Part shown: positions 39,539-41,012 of the stretch, piece by piece
Position numbering within the stretch: the first letter of the stretch is position 1
Layout: every line of letters begins with the position of its first letter
Virus record (IMG/VR): IMGVR_UViG_3300037070_000655
Span: 1 to 41,012 of that record
Origin: a virus
Taxonomy: Duplodnaviria > Caudoviricetes
DNA: 41,012 nt
Strand: one strand, 5' to 3'
The notes under the pieces: model-generated
What the model was told of the DNA's origin: nothing
The model's database searches: none
The model's input: only the letters and a program-made list of their open reading frames with translations
Program-made: the position numbers and the translations under genes

Positions 39539-40956
39539 CCTCTCCTCTTCATTGCGTCCATCAGGACATCTTGAACTGACTTTTTGCTGTCGATCCGAAG
39601 AATCACATCTTCGTCGATCGTGTCTTCAGCGACGATGTGGTAAACCCAAACAGGTCTCTCGTGCCCTGACTGCTTTTGCCTCATCGGGCCGATGCGTTCG
39701 AGGATTTGCTGTCGGGCTTCGAGAGCCCACCAGTGGCTGAAGTAGACGAGGATGTTTCCGCCATCCTGCAGATTGATCCCGTGGCCAGCAGAGTCGGGGT
39801 GCGAAAAGAGAAGCGGGATCTCTCCTGCATTCCACTGGGAAATCGTACTAGGCTTAGCGTCCAAGACCCGACCTTTAGGGAATGCTCTCTGTAGCCGAAC
39901 CAGATCGGACTTGAAGTGGTATGCCACCAGAACAGGGTTGCCAGCCGCCTCTTCAATGATTGACCGAAGAGCTTCAATCTTTTCATCGTGCACCTCCACC
40001 CACTGCTTGGCCTTGGGGTGATCATCACTGTCAACCGCCGGGTCGGTGTACATCGCACCGCTGGCGATCTGCAGGCACTTGAGATCGCGGCCCGCCACGC
40101 TGAACGCTTCGATGCCGTGCTCTTTCACCTCGGTGAAGAGCGCCTTCTCCATCTCACGGTAGTGCTTGCGCGCCTGGGGCGGCAGCTTCACCTTCACTGG
40201 GCGCACGATCGGTTCATCGAGGTCGAACCAGTCCTTCGGGTCCAGCGTCAGGCAGACGTCCTGCAGCAGCGCCTGGATCTCGGCCTGCGCGTGCGGGAAC
40301 ACGACACGCTTGACGAACCCCTGGTTGTGCTGCACCGCTGACCGGATGCGCTGGATGCCGAACCAGCGTTCCTCGAACGCGCTGTAGGTGCGGCCAAGCC
40401 GCTTGCCTTGGTCGATGAACCACGTCTGCCCCCACAGATCCTGCAGCCCGTTGGGTGCTGGCGTGCCTGTGAGGTTGATCCAACGACGCGTCTTGTTGAG
40501 TGTGGCGTTGGCCAACGTCCTGGCACGTGCGCCACCCTGGCGTGTGCGGTAGGACTTCAGGCGTGTCGACTCGTCGGCGATCACCATGTCGAATGGCCAC
40601 TTCCCCACGAGCGAGTCGGTGAGCCAGGGCAGGTTCTCGTAGTTGATCGTGTAGATGTCGGCCTTGGTGTCCAGTGCTTTGCGGCGCTCGTCGGCGTTGC
40701 CGGTGATGTGCAGGATCTTCAGGTGAGCGAACTGCTCCCACTTCTGTGCCTCGTCGGGCCACGTGCTGCGTGCCACGCGCAGCGGCGCCAGCACCAACGG
40801 CATCTTGGTCTCGCCTGCCATCAGCAGACCGTCGATCGCCATCAGCGCGGCGCTGGTCTTGCCCATGCCCATGCCAGCCCACAGCGCGCACCGCGGGTGG
40901 GTGAGTATGTGCTCCAGCATGATCTGCTGGTACTCGTGAGGTGTGAAGCTACGCAC
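39535..40956 (-). CDS. SNF2-family (superfamily 2) DNA helicase
   Basis: GMGMGKT, LVLAPLRVA, VIADES, LTGTP, GHGINLQ, QILERI..RQ. Confidence 0.93.
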   Translation of the reverse strand: MRSFTPHEYQQIMLEHILTHPRCALWAGMGMGKTSAALMAIDGLLMAGETKMPLVLAPLRVARSTWPDEAQKWEQFAHLKILHITGNADERRKALDTKADIYTINYENLPWLTDSLVGKWPFDMVIADESTRLKSYRTRQGGARARTLANATLNKTRRWINLTGTPAPNGLQDLWGQTWFIDQGKRLGRTYSAFEERWFGIQRIRSAVQHNQGFVKRVVFPHAQAEIQALLQDVCLTLDPKDWFDLDEPIVRPVKVKLPPQARKHYREMEKALFTEVKEHGIEAFSVAGRDLKCLQIASGAMYTDPAVDSDDHPKAKQWVEVHDEKIEALRSIIEEAAGNPVLVAYHFKSDLVRLQRAFPKGRVLDAKPSTISQWNAGEIPLLFSHPDSAGHGINLQDGGNILVYFSHWWALEARQQILERIGPMRQKQSGHERPVWVYHIVAEDTIDEDVILRIDSKKSVQDVLMDAMKRRG

Positions 40957-41012
40957 GTGGAGGCAGCCAGTCGTCGAGTTGCTCGATGGTGCTAACGACC
41001 GACACCATGCAT
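40949..41012 (-). CDS. C-terminal end of a probable VRR-NUC nuclease
   Basis: ...CMVSVVSTIEQLDDWLPPRA* resembles VRR-NUC C-termini; these genes commonly precede phage SNF2 helicases. Confidence 0.5.
   Translation of the reverse strand, partial: CMVSVVSTIEQLDDWLPPRA

Noticed and set aside
39560-39990. Lower-GC stretch in the helicase C-terminal half as an intein or insertion
   Set aside because: The frame is continuous with ordinary helicase motifs and the length is normal; at most a recombined allele segment
1-41012. Integrase, att sites, tRNA or rRNA genes
   Set aside because: None recognised; lifestyle (temperate or lytic) and host cannot be determined from this window

Overview
This window is about 41 kb of a GC-rich tailed dsDNA phage or prophage of podovirus type (no tape measure or sheath genes; probably a Gram-negative proteobacterial host, given the two-component spanin and a consensus sigma70 promoter). 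The + strand (about 345-32818) carries packaging (terS, terL, portal), an extra fibre/decoration module, scaffold, major capsid, adaptor and nozzle genes, a LamG fibre, ejection proteins, a 2108-aa polyvalent internal virion protein (HExxH, ART-PolyVal-like, LPD38-like) and lysis genes (holin-like, GH19 endolysin, Rz/Rz1). The - strand (41012 to 32802) carries the end of a VRR-NUC-like gene, an SNF2 helicase, a DUF6378-like gene and a tightly coupled cluster of five glycosyltransferase-like and three SAM-methyltransferase genes, with a perfect sigma70 promoter inside it. The best candidates for new biology are: (1) this phage-encoded methylated-glycan assembly cluster, (2) a 45-aa basic gene overprinted inside the giant ejection protein, (3) an anti-RBS sRNA-like element after terL that is complementary to the start regions of two genes in the glycan cluster, and (4) repeated DPNDP linkers that bound the effector modules of the giant protein. 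No tRNA, rRNA, CRISPR array, integrase or reverse transcriptase was seen. All family assignments come from motif recognition by eye, not from database searches.
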